Source: Phoronis australis
Lineage: Eukaryota; Animalia; Phoronida
DNA: 64,000 nt
NCBI GenBank assembly: GCA_002633005.1
Contig: NMRA01000001.1
Location: 4,333,180-4,397,179, forward strand
Direction: 5' to 3'
Shown here one piece after another: positions 23,801 through 35,700 of this stretch. The notes under the pieces are model-generated. The model ran no database searches. It was not told the origin of the DNA and was given only the letters and a program-made list of their open reading frames with translations. Position 1 is the stretch's first letter. Each line of letters starts with the position of its first letter. The translations under genes were made by a program, and so were the position numbers.

Positions 23801-26800
23801 CGAGAAGTGTAACTAGTGACTGAAGAGTAGAAAAGAAGTGTAGCCTGTGACTGGAGAGTAGACGAGAAGGTACTGACCCGTGACTGGAGAGTACCATAGG
23901 CAAAAAGTGTAGCCCGTGACTGGAGAGTAGACGAGATGTGTAATCAGTGACTTTGAGAATAGAGGAGAAGTGTAACCAGTGACTGAAGAGTAGATGAGAA
24001 ATGTAACCAGTATCTGGTGAGTAGACAAGAAGTGTAACCAGTGACTGGTGAGTAGACTAGAAGTGTAACCAGTGACTGAAGAGTAGATGAGAAGTGTAGC
24101 CAGTGACTGAAGAGTAGACAAGAAGTGTAGCCAGTGACTGAAGAGTAGACAAGAAGTGTAACCCATGTCTAGAGAGTAGACAAGAAGTGTAACCCATGAC
24201 TGGAGAGTAGAAGAGAAGTACAACCCATGATAGCTACCTTATGCCAACCCTTTGAACCGCCATGGTTATGATTTGGGTCATCGTTCTTCTCCAAATGATA
24301 GTCAACGCCATCTAGTGTAAACTGAGCACCACTGATACGATTAGCCACTCGTCCAATGATGGCACCATAGTAGGGTCCATCTTGTTCATAGTCTGCAAGA
24401 AAATAATCAATGATTTCACCATAGTAGGAACTGTCTTATTCATAGTCTTCAAGAATGTTATCTCTCTACAAGAACTAATTGTGATCAAAGCTTTGTCAAT
24501 ATGCCAATAACTGATATTTGATCATGATGAACATGAGATAAGAATGGAAGAACACTGTTAATATGAACAGTGGTTTGTAAGAAAAGAAAAGAAGTCTATT
24601 CACGATAGTGAGACTGCCTATGCAGGTCATCAAGGAGGAAGGCTAGCTCAAAAGATATCAAAAAAACTATAAATCATGACTACTGAAATTACCATAAAAT
24701 AAATTTACCGACCTTGTGGAGCCACCTGGCTCCTTCTGATGGGTAATCATGTCTGTCTGGTTCCCGCGAAAAATTTGTCACCCTTTGCCTGTGTTCCACA
24801 GACACTAACTGTAAGGCCCTGGACCATGAGTCAGATAGCGTTCAGAAAGCGCATGGCTCAGCACTAACCATCTAATGTCATTGGTTTGAACTCCACAGTC
24901 TGTAATCATCTTAGTGACATAGGACACTCTTTTGACATTGAAGACGTGAAGGTACTGGATAGGGAAAGTTCTTGGTTTGAACGAGGAGTCAGAGAGGCAA
25001 TCTGAGTTAAAGCCAAGAACCCCTCTCCGAATAGACATGGAGGTGTCAGATTTAAACCATCTGACTTATGGTGTAGGACCTTACAGTTGTTGTCTATGAA
25101 GACCAGCAGAGGGCAATGAAATTTTTGCAGAACCAGACAGCCATCAATCCCAATAGAAGGAGCCAGGCAATGTCGAGAAATTATTTTTTAGCAAGACCAG
25201 TAGTCATGACTTATAACTACAGTTACAATTTTATATTTTTTTCACATGAATATTCAAATTAATTAAAATCCATGAATTCTAATTAATTATGCATTTGTCA
25301 CTCCAAAAGTGACCTTCGTGGCCTGAATTGGTTCCTGCCTGCTTTGTGTGCGTGTGTGTGTGTGTGTGATGAATCATTGTAGACATCTATTGCTTGTATA
25401 CTATTTTTTCAAAAATTGCTACATTTATTCGCCCTCAATGAGTATTCTTGGACAATCCTAGATTAAACTAGAACTCAGATGTGTGGGATTTATCCATTGT
25501 TTGATCTGTAGTGGACGGGAAATGGCTGGAGTCAATGACCACACAAACACAAATCACATACATGGTCTAGCTGTGTTTGCCTTGCATGTTGCAGTGAGTA
25601 TTTCCGGATGACATCAATCTCGTTCATTGTTAAGTGTTTGAGCAATCTTTTCGTCTGCCATCACCACCCGTACGCCAATTATCTATTACACTTCCAACAG
25701 TTGCTGAAGCCATTCGTTAATGGGTACCAGATTACTGAATCATAGTGCAACTATTATGGGATATTTTTATAGTACTTCTTTGGGTAAAAATGACCTTAAC
25801 TTAACTTTTTACAAGGAATTCATTTCAAGCGCAAAACAACTAAAAATAAGCAGTCACTGTTTCATTGCTAATGCGGTTAACTTCTCAAATATATGCAAGA
25901 GGACTGCAGATCGGACTCCCTGATAAACAGACATCTTGAAAAACAGCAGGAGTTGTATCAATACATTGATGAAGTACAAGGTGCTGTGAAATGGGTTGAG
26001 TTTTTAATGACAACTTCCATGCATGCTGAATAAGAGTGAGAAAAAGGCAAATAACAGTGCAACTTGTCACAAGCTGACATACAGATAGATGCATCCAATA
26101 TCAAACACAATATGAAGTGTGTGTAAATTTAAAAAGCTAGCACGGAATGATTCAAGCAGCGAACATCATCCGGCATTACTAATTAGAATCCAGGGAAATT
26201 TTTAACGCTAATTTGAAAATTTATCCATGACCCAGACAATCGTAATCTATCCAAAATGATACTGAAATGGTTGCCTTCTCTTTGAAGACTGAGACACTCA
26301 TAATGATATCGCGATAGCCACAACAACCATTGAGCTACATGGTACATGCACAATATCACGTTACCCAGAACGACCACAGATAGCTGATACAGAAATCACA
26401 GTACTACTGAAAGGCCAGTAGCTGTTGACCAAAATTACATTCCATAATTACGTGGCAATCCAACTTTTCCGATGCAAAATTTTTGTATAATTATGTCCGA
26501 TTATTTTTATCATGTACAGAAGTAAAACAGAATGACAAGATACCAGATACATTGTCAAATCCTGGTGTGACATCAGTGAACACGCCATTGCGATCTGGCA
26601 CACAAACAGAAGTAATGATTGCACCAAACTCAATAAGTTGGACAGAGAGACCATTCACATTTGTCAGTGTATACCTACAATGAAAAATGGCAATAACATA
26701 TACATCCAATCTTTCTTTGACATATCTTTAACGCCACTTTAAAAACAAAACACAATCCTTCATTTTAGATCTCCTTCATTTGTGCACCTCATCTACAACG

Positions 26801-27946
26801 CATATAACAAATTAGTTTGTTAGTCCACCTTGTCTACAAGGCATAATATAGATTTTTTAGTTCATTTGTGCACCTTGTCTAAAACGCATAATACAAATAA
26901 GTTCACTTGTGCGTCTTGTCTACACCGCATAATGCAAATTAGTTCATTTTTGGATCTTGTCTACAATACAAAACATAGATTAGCTCCATTTAAAGCAGTT
27001 ATAACCACTAACCGTTATAAAATTTGTCTTCACTTGTTCCTTAAAGGAATACCAAAACCTGTTTTGATGATTTTAACTAATCCTCTTTCTGTCACCTGCT
27101 AATGCATCATTGGCATCAATCTTCCCAAGTTAAACGCAGGAATCAACTAAAAACTCATATTCCCAATCTCACGAATTGGATATTGTGGTTCTTGGTGGTG
27201 GTCTTTTCCTGCAGTTGCCGTGTAATTCGCTAAAATCGTAGGTCACGCTTGCCTATTTAGAAGACTTTGAAAGAAGTTTTCAAATATTCCTCCAAACTTG
27301 TGAGGGTTGTCAAGGGTTACAGAGCATTATTTTGGTTCAAACTTGGATGGGAAAGTCATTTTTAATATCTGCTCAGTAAAAAGCCAAAAGCGTATTTGGT
27401 ATCCTTTTGACTCAGATGAGAAGCGATTTTGGTCTAGAAAAGAACTGACATGTCATAATTGCTTCAGATTGTGCTTGACGAATAAAATCGTACACCACAA
27501 CAAGTGAACTTGGAAAGCTTGGGGCCTATTCTATAAAAGTGACTTATAAGTCTTAAAATTTGGTCTTACACTCCCAATTCATAATTGCCAAATAAAAGTT
27601 TGCCTGACTCTACTGAAACATTGTTTCTATCTATTTCTGTGTTACTGGTGGATGAATTTATATTTACTGAAAAAAATATCCTCAATTCACTTTTTAAGCA
27701 GCAAAATTGCGCCAGATACACCTTGTCCTTAAACACATTGCCCAAAAACACATAGCTAAACAAACAAAATGAATCTGCTACTAGTGTAATTGAAACAACC
27801 TCGGAATTTCATTGATATTGTGGGATACGGGATGAACCGCTTTTGAAGCAGGATGGTCCCGCCAGATATTGGCAATTATGTCATTATTACCTCTTAACAG
27901 GTCGACCATCTTTGGTGAAACCAAATGCATCACTAGACACCGGCAT
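14823..27946 (-). CDS. GALM: Galactose mutarotase (aldose 1-epimerase); coding exons 27946-27891, 26674-26544, 24392-24238, [gap]..22536-22506 (partial), 21537-21456, 18913-18760, 16285-16114, ~14900-14823
   Basis: The spliced translation reads MPVSSDAFGFTKDGRPVKRYTLTNVNGLSVQLIEFGAIITSVCVPDRNG...YYGAIIGRVANRISGAQFTLDG...HNHGGSKGWHK...SHPYFNLTGH...GFDHTF...FSTQPAVHMYTANF...ALESQNFPNAINQPSFPNSVIRPGDEY...FKFSVA*. GRVANRI, HGG, H-x-YFNL and the catalytic Glu (ESQ) are hallmark motifs. Splice sites are GT-AG. Confidence 0.93.
15200..16060. repeat. 57-bp minisatellite (~14-15 copies) in the last GALM intron
   Basis: Unit atttcacaatatgtattcagagattactggtagacctgaggttatgagataatgaac, with starts at 15261, 15318 and 15375. 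It is more degenerate towards the exon at 16114. Confidence 0.95.
16829..17215. mobile_element. MITE with ~75-bp imperfect terminal inverted repeats
   Basis: aaggccacatcaatac...gcactgttccgaagttccttggaggcaagggatagat mirrors atctattccttatgcccaaggaacttcgaaacagtgc...tattgatgtggtctt. Confidence 0.75.
20214..21455. repeat. 73-bp tandem repeat (3 copies) derived from the GALM exon at 21456-21537 and its donor, split by a 1-kb MITE
   Basis: Units start at 20214, 20287 and 21370, and the real exon/donor copy starts at 21443. Confidence 0.9.
20328..21331. mobile_element. ~1-kb non-autonomous DNA transposon, TIRs cataggcggatttag / ctagatccgccactg, 5-bp TSD ATCTA
   Basis: The empty site can be reconstructed from neighbouring repeat units (agtatatctactac). 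ATCTA is duplicated at 20323-20327 and 21332-21336. Confidence 0.85.
23455..24230. repeat. 31-bp minisatellite (~25 copies; gagtagacaagaagtgtaaccagtgactgga) abutting the donor of GALM exon 24392-24238
   Basis: Seen directly. It explains the repetitive ORFs at 23505-24223. Confidence 0.95.
24830..25070 (+). mobile_element. Penelope-like retroelement remnant (GIY-YIG endonuclease C-terminal part)
   Basis: Translates as ...RKRMAQH*...NSTVCNHLSDIGHSFDIEDVKVLDRESSWFERGVREAI*VKAKNPSPNRHGG, matching the PLE GIY-YIG pattern H.F....V.ILDRE..WFERGVKEAI....PSLNR.GG. It has in-frame stops. Confidence 0.8.
26772..26992. repeat. Degenerate ~41-bp tandem repeat near the acceptor of GALM exon 26674
   Basis: Unit ttcatttgtgcaccttgtctacaacgcataatacaaattag, about 5 copies. 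Confidence 0.8.
27041..27408. mobile_element. Kolobok-like MITE copy 3
   Basis: ttaaaggaataccaaaacctgttttgatgatttt...tttggtatcctttt, homologous to 7927-8247. Confidence 0.7.
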
Positions 27947-29521
27947 GCTATACAAAAAGAAGAAGAAAGAACATGTTAAAACATCCTATGGAAGATCACA
28001 AACATTTTAAGTCTGGTCTGCATGCCACCAGTTGGCCACACCACACGACCAAATATTTGTAAATATTCTTTTTATTGACATATATACATAAGGCCATAGG
28101 CCAAAATTATAACATATACAAGATGGTATATTGTCAGGTGCATTACAGACTGGATAGTAGTTCTCCAGTAAGTATACACAGTAAGAACAAAAACCTTTTA
28201 AGTCACTGATGTGCTGGTAATAAAAGATAAATTGTACATGAACTATACACAATAAGACGCAGAGCTCCCACTCAGGTACCAGGGCAAATGCAGGAGGTTT
28301 GGATATTTTTTACAAGAAATTAGACTTTCACTTCAGGGAAAGAGCTTCCAAACAACAAAAATCAAAAACTTCATTACTGCAACATACGTGATGCAATTAT
28401 TTTGAGTCTCTGCCTCATTAAATATCTTATTAACATAATCTGTGGGAACAGTTACTTAAATTTCTATCTCTCTCTGTTATTCTAATTACGGGGTCCAACC
28501 AAGAATAGCAACATGTTAACTTGAAAAGCTGTTGACAAGAGATTGTTACAACACTGTGACCATGGTCATGACAGCTGGTGAACATCGCAATGTTGCGGCC
28601 CAAACTGATGCTTGCGCCAAACTGTTTTGGTGTACTTCAATTTGGCATGGATTGGTGAGCCAAAATGTAGCCTTGGTATAAAGCTGTAAAAAATAATTTC
28701 TCGACATTGTGCACTCAGATCTGTCAAACTGAAAAATAGTTTGTGATTCCTGTCCATCGTTAGTATTCCTGTCCTGCTACGGGACGAAAGAGCGACCAAC
28801 ATACTGTTTTCGAGGCTTCGGAGGCGGTCCGTCTGCCGTTTCTATCAGAAAAGGTGCGTTGTTCCCATTTCCGATTGATTATATAGACCTATGCCTTGTT
28901 TAAGGTGTGTTTGAAACGTGGTTGTCTGCTGCTTATACTTATAGTTGTGCCGATTTTGTTCTTAATACCAGCCAAACCCAGCGAAGCCGAAGGTGAGTTA
29001 GTAACCTGACGGAGCCAAACAGGGCTTTGGGTATTGTAAGTAGTGGGTCGAGGGAGTTGTGAGTCCAGGGGGTCGTGGGTCGAGGGGGTTTTGGGTCAAG
29101 GGGGCTTGTGGGTCGAGGGGGTTTTAGAACAATCCGGAGGGCAGCGATTGCGACCACAGGCGTCCTGAGCGGCACTGATTGGATATAGTGGTCCCGGATT
29201 TAGAGAACCAGGCAGTCACTAAATAATGGGCCCGTCACTTAGTGGATGAAACTGGTTGTCTAAATCAGGGACCGCTAGCCTATGGACTATGGCTATATTC
29301 GACCAGGGCAGATGCAGTCAGACACTATCAGTGGTCTTGTCTCGTTTTGGCTTTTGGCTAAAACAAAGGCAGTCTGGACTTGTGCTAACGTCCTACAGAT
29401 TTAAGCAGATAAATTAACAACATTTTAACTAAATCTTACATTAGTCGTGTTCACTCGTCTCTGTCACCGTAGACTGAAACTGTCTTTGAGGTAGATCTAT
29501 GCTGCAAAAAGTTTGCCACTG

Positions 29522-29545
29522 AGTTCAAAGGTCAAATTCAGGTCA
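29522..29545 (+). promoter_or_regulatory. Candidate nuclear-receptor element (DR1 + DR5 of RGKTCA half-sites) in the GALM/hnRNP L divergent promoter region
   Basis: agttca-a-aggtca-aattc-aggtca, about 180 bp upstream of the hnRNP L ATG. Confidence 0.35.
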
Positions 29546-29721
29546 AGGACATGATGCGAACTCTAATTTTCATTTATTTTGTGTTGTTTTGTAATAGTAC
29601 CCATTATTAAGTTATTTTAGTGTCAAAATTGTTCTTTTGTTGCATTATTTTAATTCATAAGTTGCAATATTTAAAAAACTCCACGAATCTCGCAACAACG
29701 CATTTGCCTGTTCTCTGCAAA

Positions 29722-32700
29722 ATGGCGTCATACGAGGGACACGCTACGAAGAGACAAAGAACAAATGTTGATGGACATGGTGTCCAGTCTGGACAAAGGG
29801 TAGTATGAGGCTGAAGTTTAAGCATAAAATTTGCATTTGCGTTTGATTTTTTTGTTAAAAATTATGTAGTCAGCGCTTGGCTCTATGTGCCGACCCGCAG
29901 GCGCATGTCGGAAATTTTTGGCCCAGTTTCCAATTCCAATCCAAGTCCCAAGTATATACTGTAGTCTGTAGACTGTAGTGTAGCCTTAGGCCAAGAGGGG
30001 ACTTTTCATATTGGCGCTCCTAGAATAATGAGAGCACGGAAGTGACTTCCGACTGATTCAGACTCATATTTGGGTACCCAAGAATTCAGTTACCACACGG
30101 TAATTGTTCATAAATATAAAAGCAGAGCAACATAATCCACTGGCCCATCTGCCCATCCCTTGTTGTTTAACATTGTCATTGATTCAGGGATATACTTAGC
30201 CACTCGCCTAGTCGCTAATGCGAGTAAAAATGTGGCTGGGCGAGTAGAAGGTGACTTGGCAGTCGCCCAGGTGGCGAGCGAATTTTCAAAGAGCAAAATA
30301 TATATCGTTTCCCAGATGAATATGAATAAATTTTCTCCTCCTTGTGCTGTTTTTATCATGAATTTAAGGTTCAGTTTGGTCAGCATGTCGATGCTCCAGC
30401 AATAAAAAAACATAAGCGCAGTGCGATGATACCGATTCAGTAGATGTCACCCGTTACACGATTCGTCTAGACAAAAGATCACAGAGTGTGGTTGTGCTGA
30501 AAGGAATTAGTGGACTAGTCCGAAACGAAAAATGGGGGAATGGCAGAAGACCGGTCCGTGTGCTCACACCAACTGAAATACCATATTTCTTGGAACTGAT
30601 TTCTTATTGTAATGTACTATGTCATTTTAGCCAAAATTATTTTATAAATAATAACATTCGTCCTTATAAGCAGCATACTGGTCAACGGGATTGTATTGTA
30701 TCTTTCCCATACAGATCTTCTCCTTCAACAGGAATCCAGATTACTTTGTACACGTAAAAATCTGCGAATGGAAACTTGGCCAGTGTTAATGAGCACGTGG
30801 TCAGGAAGCGCGCTCTACGGCCTACATATATGTGGGCCTGCTACTCTGGCAAATGAACTGATGACACGCACACACTCGCTCACTCGGCGCACACCTGCAG
30901 ACTAACTTCAAAACAAATGTCACGTGACAACAACATTTGTGTTCGTCCAAATTTTTCTCGTGTTGCGGGGTGCGATCTAGCGCAGATTTTTACTCAATTT
31001 GCGGTTAATCCCGACTCCACAGGAACTTAAAAATCGTAGGAACGCTATTTGGAAAAGTTAAGGAGGATTTCAGGTAATTTGTTGAGTCGAAACTATTCAA
31101 GCTTGCTGTTTCCCTACGTGCGTAGCCAGCACGCAGGTATCATGCACTGGCACCCGCTTTAGCATTGGTTGATGTAACCTTGGCAGTCATTGATTAGCTT
31201 TACAACAACGTGAAAAAATGGCGGAATATGAACGATTTTTAGCCTTGTCATGCAAGTGGCGTAGCAGCAACTATTTCGTTTCTGCAGTAATGTTTAATAG
31301 CCGCATGCTTGAAGTACATACATGTACAATAAACACATATCTGGCCGATTTAACCGGTGTGTTATTCATACTCTATGAATACAGGACAGTATCGTAAACA
31401 AAAGTCACCGACAGTAAAAAGATGCACTCCGAAAAGGCGCAACCACAATTTCTGGGATTCACACCTCCAGAACATAAGTTTTAAGCACCGATTTGTCTGT
31501 ACAACAGAGCTTGGAATTTTCCACGGAAACGCGGATTTCTGCTTTTTTCAAATGTTCTGTCCGCGCATTTTATTATATTTCGTCGTAAAAAAAAATTGGA
31601 TTTGATATAAAATTTCTGCGGCAAATTGCTTTCTTACTGCGGCGTTCACCTCGAAAAGTGAAAGTTGCTGTTTACGTTTCGGAGGAACGTAAATTGTCAA
31701 CATTGCCGGGGCATCTGGGATAGCGTGGTGGGATTTTCAATGGCAACTCGTGTTATTGTAAACCGTGGCGACAAATACTACGGCTCTGCAGCCAAAAATG
31801 TGTGGGTTAGGAGTGCCTGAGTGGACGGACGAGCTAAAAGGATGCTGACGCATGCTACTGATGGTGGTAACGTTTTTTTTTTTTTTAGTCCTCCCGTTTT
31901 TTATCGGGGAAAGGTTCACATCGACCATTTCAAGACTGGCGCGCATGATAAAAATGATTTGCGATTTTTGTGGGCACAATTTGTATACAGTCGAGCCTAA
32001 GATGGACTTTCTTAACCCTTGGAGATGGTTTTCTTTTAGGATCAATTTGAAGATCCTCACAAGATGGCGCCATCGCCAGTGTTGCATGTGCGTGGCCTCA
32101 AGGAGTCAGTAATGGACCAGGATCTAATTGATGCTGTACAAAGATTTGGCGATGTCAGGTAACACTTGGTGACTACATCAACGAATTGATCCAAAAAATC
32201 TTCAACACAACCCACTGATGGGTACACAATGCACAAGTGACTGTCTTGTTAAAAGTGTTGTTTAACGCTCATTTTTATGCTGGCCACTATCAGAGTAGTG
32301 GAAACAGTGGGTATAGAGGTGGAGGGGAAGCTATATGATGTCTAGGCTCTTGGGATTAGTTGTAATTATCTTGTTCTTGTTTTAATTAGGAACTTTCGTA
32401 TTCCTGTAATAGCAGCAGTGTTCTCCACAACAGAAAATCCAAATTTGTCGGAAATGCCCAAACACCAACAAATGTGTCACAGGTGTCCAATCACCAACAA
32501 ATGTGTTGGAAGTGCCCAAACACCAACAAATGTGTCTCCGAAGCGAGTGTCAGCTAACATCTCTCGATAGTGCACATTTACTTGCAATGCTACCCAACTG
32601 GCATTTATTCATATTCAATGGGATTAGCGATTGAACAAATTTGTGGTAAAGGAAAAAAGTTTGTCATGTGGAAAAAAATGAAAAATGTACTGTTTGATAT

Positions 32701-35700
32701 CGAACATGCCAAGGACTTCATACGTGAACTGGTAGATTCCTTAATTAAATAATTTATTAATTGTAACCCATTATAAGTTATCAAAATATGTTGTGCATTT
32801 GGTATTTCTATTCTGAAAATCTAACCAGTAAAGACATAGTTAATAACAGTGTTTTCTGCAATAGAATTTACAAACACACCGAACTAATCAGCCACTGCAA
32901 TATCAAGTGACTTGACTTGAGAATGTTACGCAAGATCAAAGTTTGTTTCAGCTGCAAAATTAAGATTACTAAGATTACTAAAATCTAAAACTCATTAAAA
33001 ATCAAACTATCTAGCTCTACCCACAATTTTTGTTACAAAACGGATTCCTTTAGATCTCCTTAGATCTTTCTGGACTTGCTCTATAATTGAGTTTTCTTTT
33101 CTAGCGACGTTGTTGTCATGCCCAGGAAAAGGCAAGCTCTGGTAGAATTTGAGGTAATATTCAATGGTTGTACACTTAATTACTTAATGTGTTTAATTTA
33201 GTGTCTATTATGTGGTAACTTAAACTGAATCTTACAGGGATTCCCGCAGTTTAATAACCAGTTTTCTCCATTGTACAACAGGTATCAAATTGGTTCTCAA
33301 ACCCCGGGTCTCCTATAAGTAACTATTGCCCATTTCTCTGTCCAATTGTTGTACTTCCAGAAGTGTGTGATTAAGTTTTCTGAGGTTATTTCCCTTTTTG
33401 TTGAAGGAAATCGCCAGTGCTCGCAACTGTGTCAACTACGCCCAGACCAATCAGATCTTTGTGTGTGGACAGCCAGCCTTCTTTAACTTCTCTCGCAGCC
33501 AGAAGATAGAGCCACCGCCTGATGGGCAGTACGTACTCACTATTGGTCGATTTACATTTAGCCTCATTTAAGACAACACCAGAGTCGTGTGTTAATTTAG
33601 ACAGCACTGCAGTGTGTGATGCTCATTTAAAATAACAGGCAGCACTTCAGTCAGTATTTATTCATTTGAAATGGCACTACAGATTTTTATTTGTATTAAG
33701 ATGCACTGCTGCGTGTGTGTTCTTGTTCATTTAAGCTATCTGTAGTTAGCAATTCTTTATATTTTAAATATCAATGTAGTCTATAATCTGCGCACTCTGA
33801 TGTTTCATATGTGACTGTCGTATACAGTTTGTTTCTTCATTTCTCATGTGTGACTGTCATATACAGACTGTTCATTTCAGTCCGCGACGTGGTCAAGAGG
33901 AGAACCATATCTTGCTTTTCACCATCAGCAACGTCCAGTATCCCATCACTGTGGTGAGTAAACCTCTAGTCACCCTGTGTATGTGTGTGAATAAGGTCGC
34001 ACATTGCACCGCGAGGATCTCCAAATTTTATTCCTCTCAGAATGAAAATACGGACATGTTTTTCCCTCAGGAAATTATCGTGCATTTCCACGTCGCCGAG
34101 CTCAGCCTTTGCATAATTCTTTGCCACTGTGCTAATTCAAATAATACCTTACAGATGTCTCCCTTGTATAATTCTTTGCCACTGAGCTCATTCAAATAAT
34201 ACTAAACAAAGCTCAGCCTTGCATAATTCTTTGTTGCTTAGCTCATTCAAATAATACTAAACAAAGCTCAGCCTTGCATAATTCTTTGTTGCTCAGCTCA
34301 TTCAAATAATACTAAACAGACATTGAGTCATTACAGTCTCAGACTCGACTGACCGGTAAACCCCCATCACCACAAGGTTGGACTGACAACATAGTTTTTC
34401 CACAGTTTACTCTAGTTTTTCAACTGCTCTTGGCCATAATCTTATGGTATACAACACTTTGCACATTGGCGCTGGCATGTAGCCTACCACGGAGGTTTAA
34501 CAACTCACAAGTCGCGTATTTCTTTGTGAAGAGGCTTGCATCATAGCCTGTTTGTGGCTTAATAACCTTTGCACTGTACGTGCCACTTTGTGTTGAACAT
34601 TCCGGGTCCCAGCTGTCCTGACACTGTTGTTGACAGGCTGGCAATAATTTCCTGGATTATACTGGCCTTATGTGGTACTTGATGACCACTTACTTTCCGG
34701 AGTGGTCAAAACTGTAAAAAATGACGTCTGAATATAGTGTGGCTGTCTCAAACCTGACTTCTGTAACGCTTCACTTATGTGTTCACAGAGCGTTCTTCAC
34801 TGTTTACCGTTAAACGTATCAAACACTACTTTAAGCTTTCCAGTTTGGAATTCTCCCAGTGTGGATGGAGTGTGTGATTCATTGCTTGAACTAACAATTG
34901 TCATTGTACTCTGTTGCAGGAAGTCATGTATACAATTTGTAGCCCAAGTGGATCAGTGCTGCGAATTGTCATCTTCAAGAAGCAAGCTCTACAAGTTATG
35001 GTTGAATATCCTTTACATGTGTGACACTATACTGACTAGACTTGTCAATATAGTGCGGTAGTAGCCCTTTGTTTACACAAACTTTGTTAAAGACACGACT
35101 AGACTTTTTGTTAGCGAGCTTGATACTAGCTACTGTTTTTATTTGTTTTGTTTGTTTATTGTGTCTCTTGGTCTTTTATTTCATACCTGCACACCAGTAG
35201 CAAGGAGACAGTTCTGAAATTACCAACGTACCAAAAAGAAACCTGTTCGGGCCTGGTTGTCCGCTCAATATCTCAAAAAAAACTGTCACACAGAAGTATG
35301 TGACAGAAATCCGGCAGCACCAGTTGATTTTGAGGTGGGATTCAACCACTAAAGCACCCTCTAGTGGCCACTTTGTTCTCGACAAGGTACTCTTCACTAT
35401 TTTTTTGGTGGAGAGTATTTCTGAATGATGTCTAGCTAGAGAACCGATTAATAGATTTCAATGAGACTTGAAGCAGGATTATATGATGACAATGCGTGGG
35501 GCTCAATCAATTTTCGGCAGTCGTGAAATTTGGCAGAAGGATTTAGGGGATCGCTCTGATGGTGCATGCCCCGCCCAGGTGTGGGGTTTTTCCATATTTC
35601 GTATGAAGAAAACCGATTGACAGATTTCGTTGAAACTCAACACAGGAATATTTGATGGTAATGCGCTGGCACTAGTCGATGTTGGGACGAGTGCTACCTC

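Noticed and set aside
23505-24223. Repetitive ORFs of 72-136 aa
   Set aside because: They are readings through the 31-bp minisatellite and have no protein-like features.
35483-35559. ATGATGA...CTGA spaced ~77 nt, a possible C/D snoRNA in the U12 intron
   Set aside because: The terminal stem is weak and I recognise no rRNA/snRNA antisense element. The region shares motifs (caccagttgatttt, caccctctagtggc) with ~42590-43120, suggesting a dispersed repeat.
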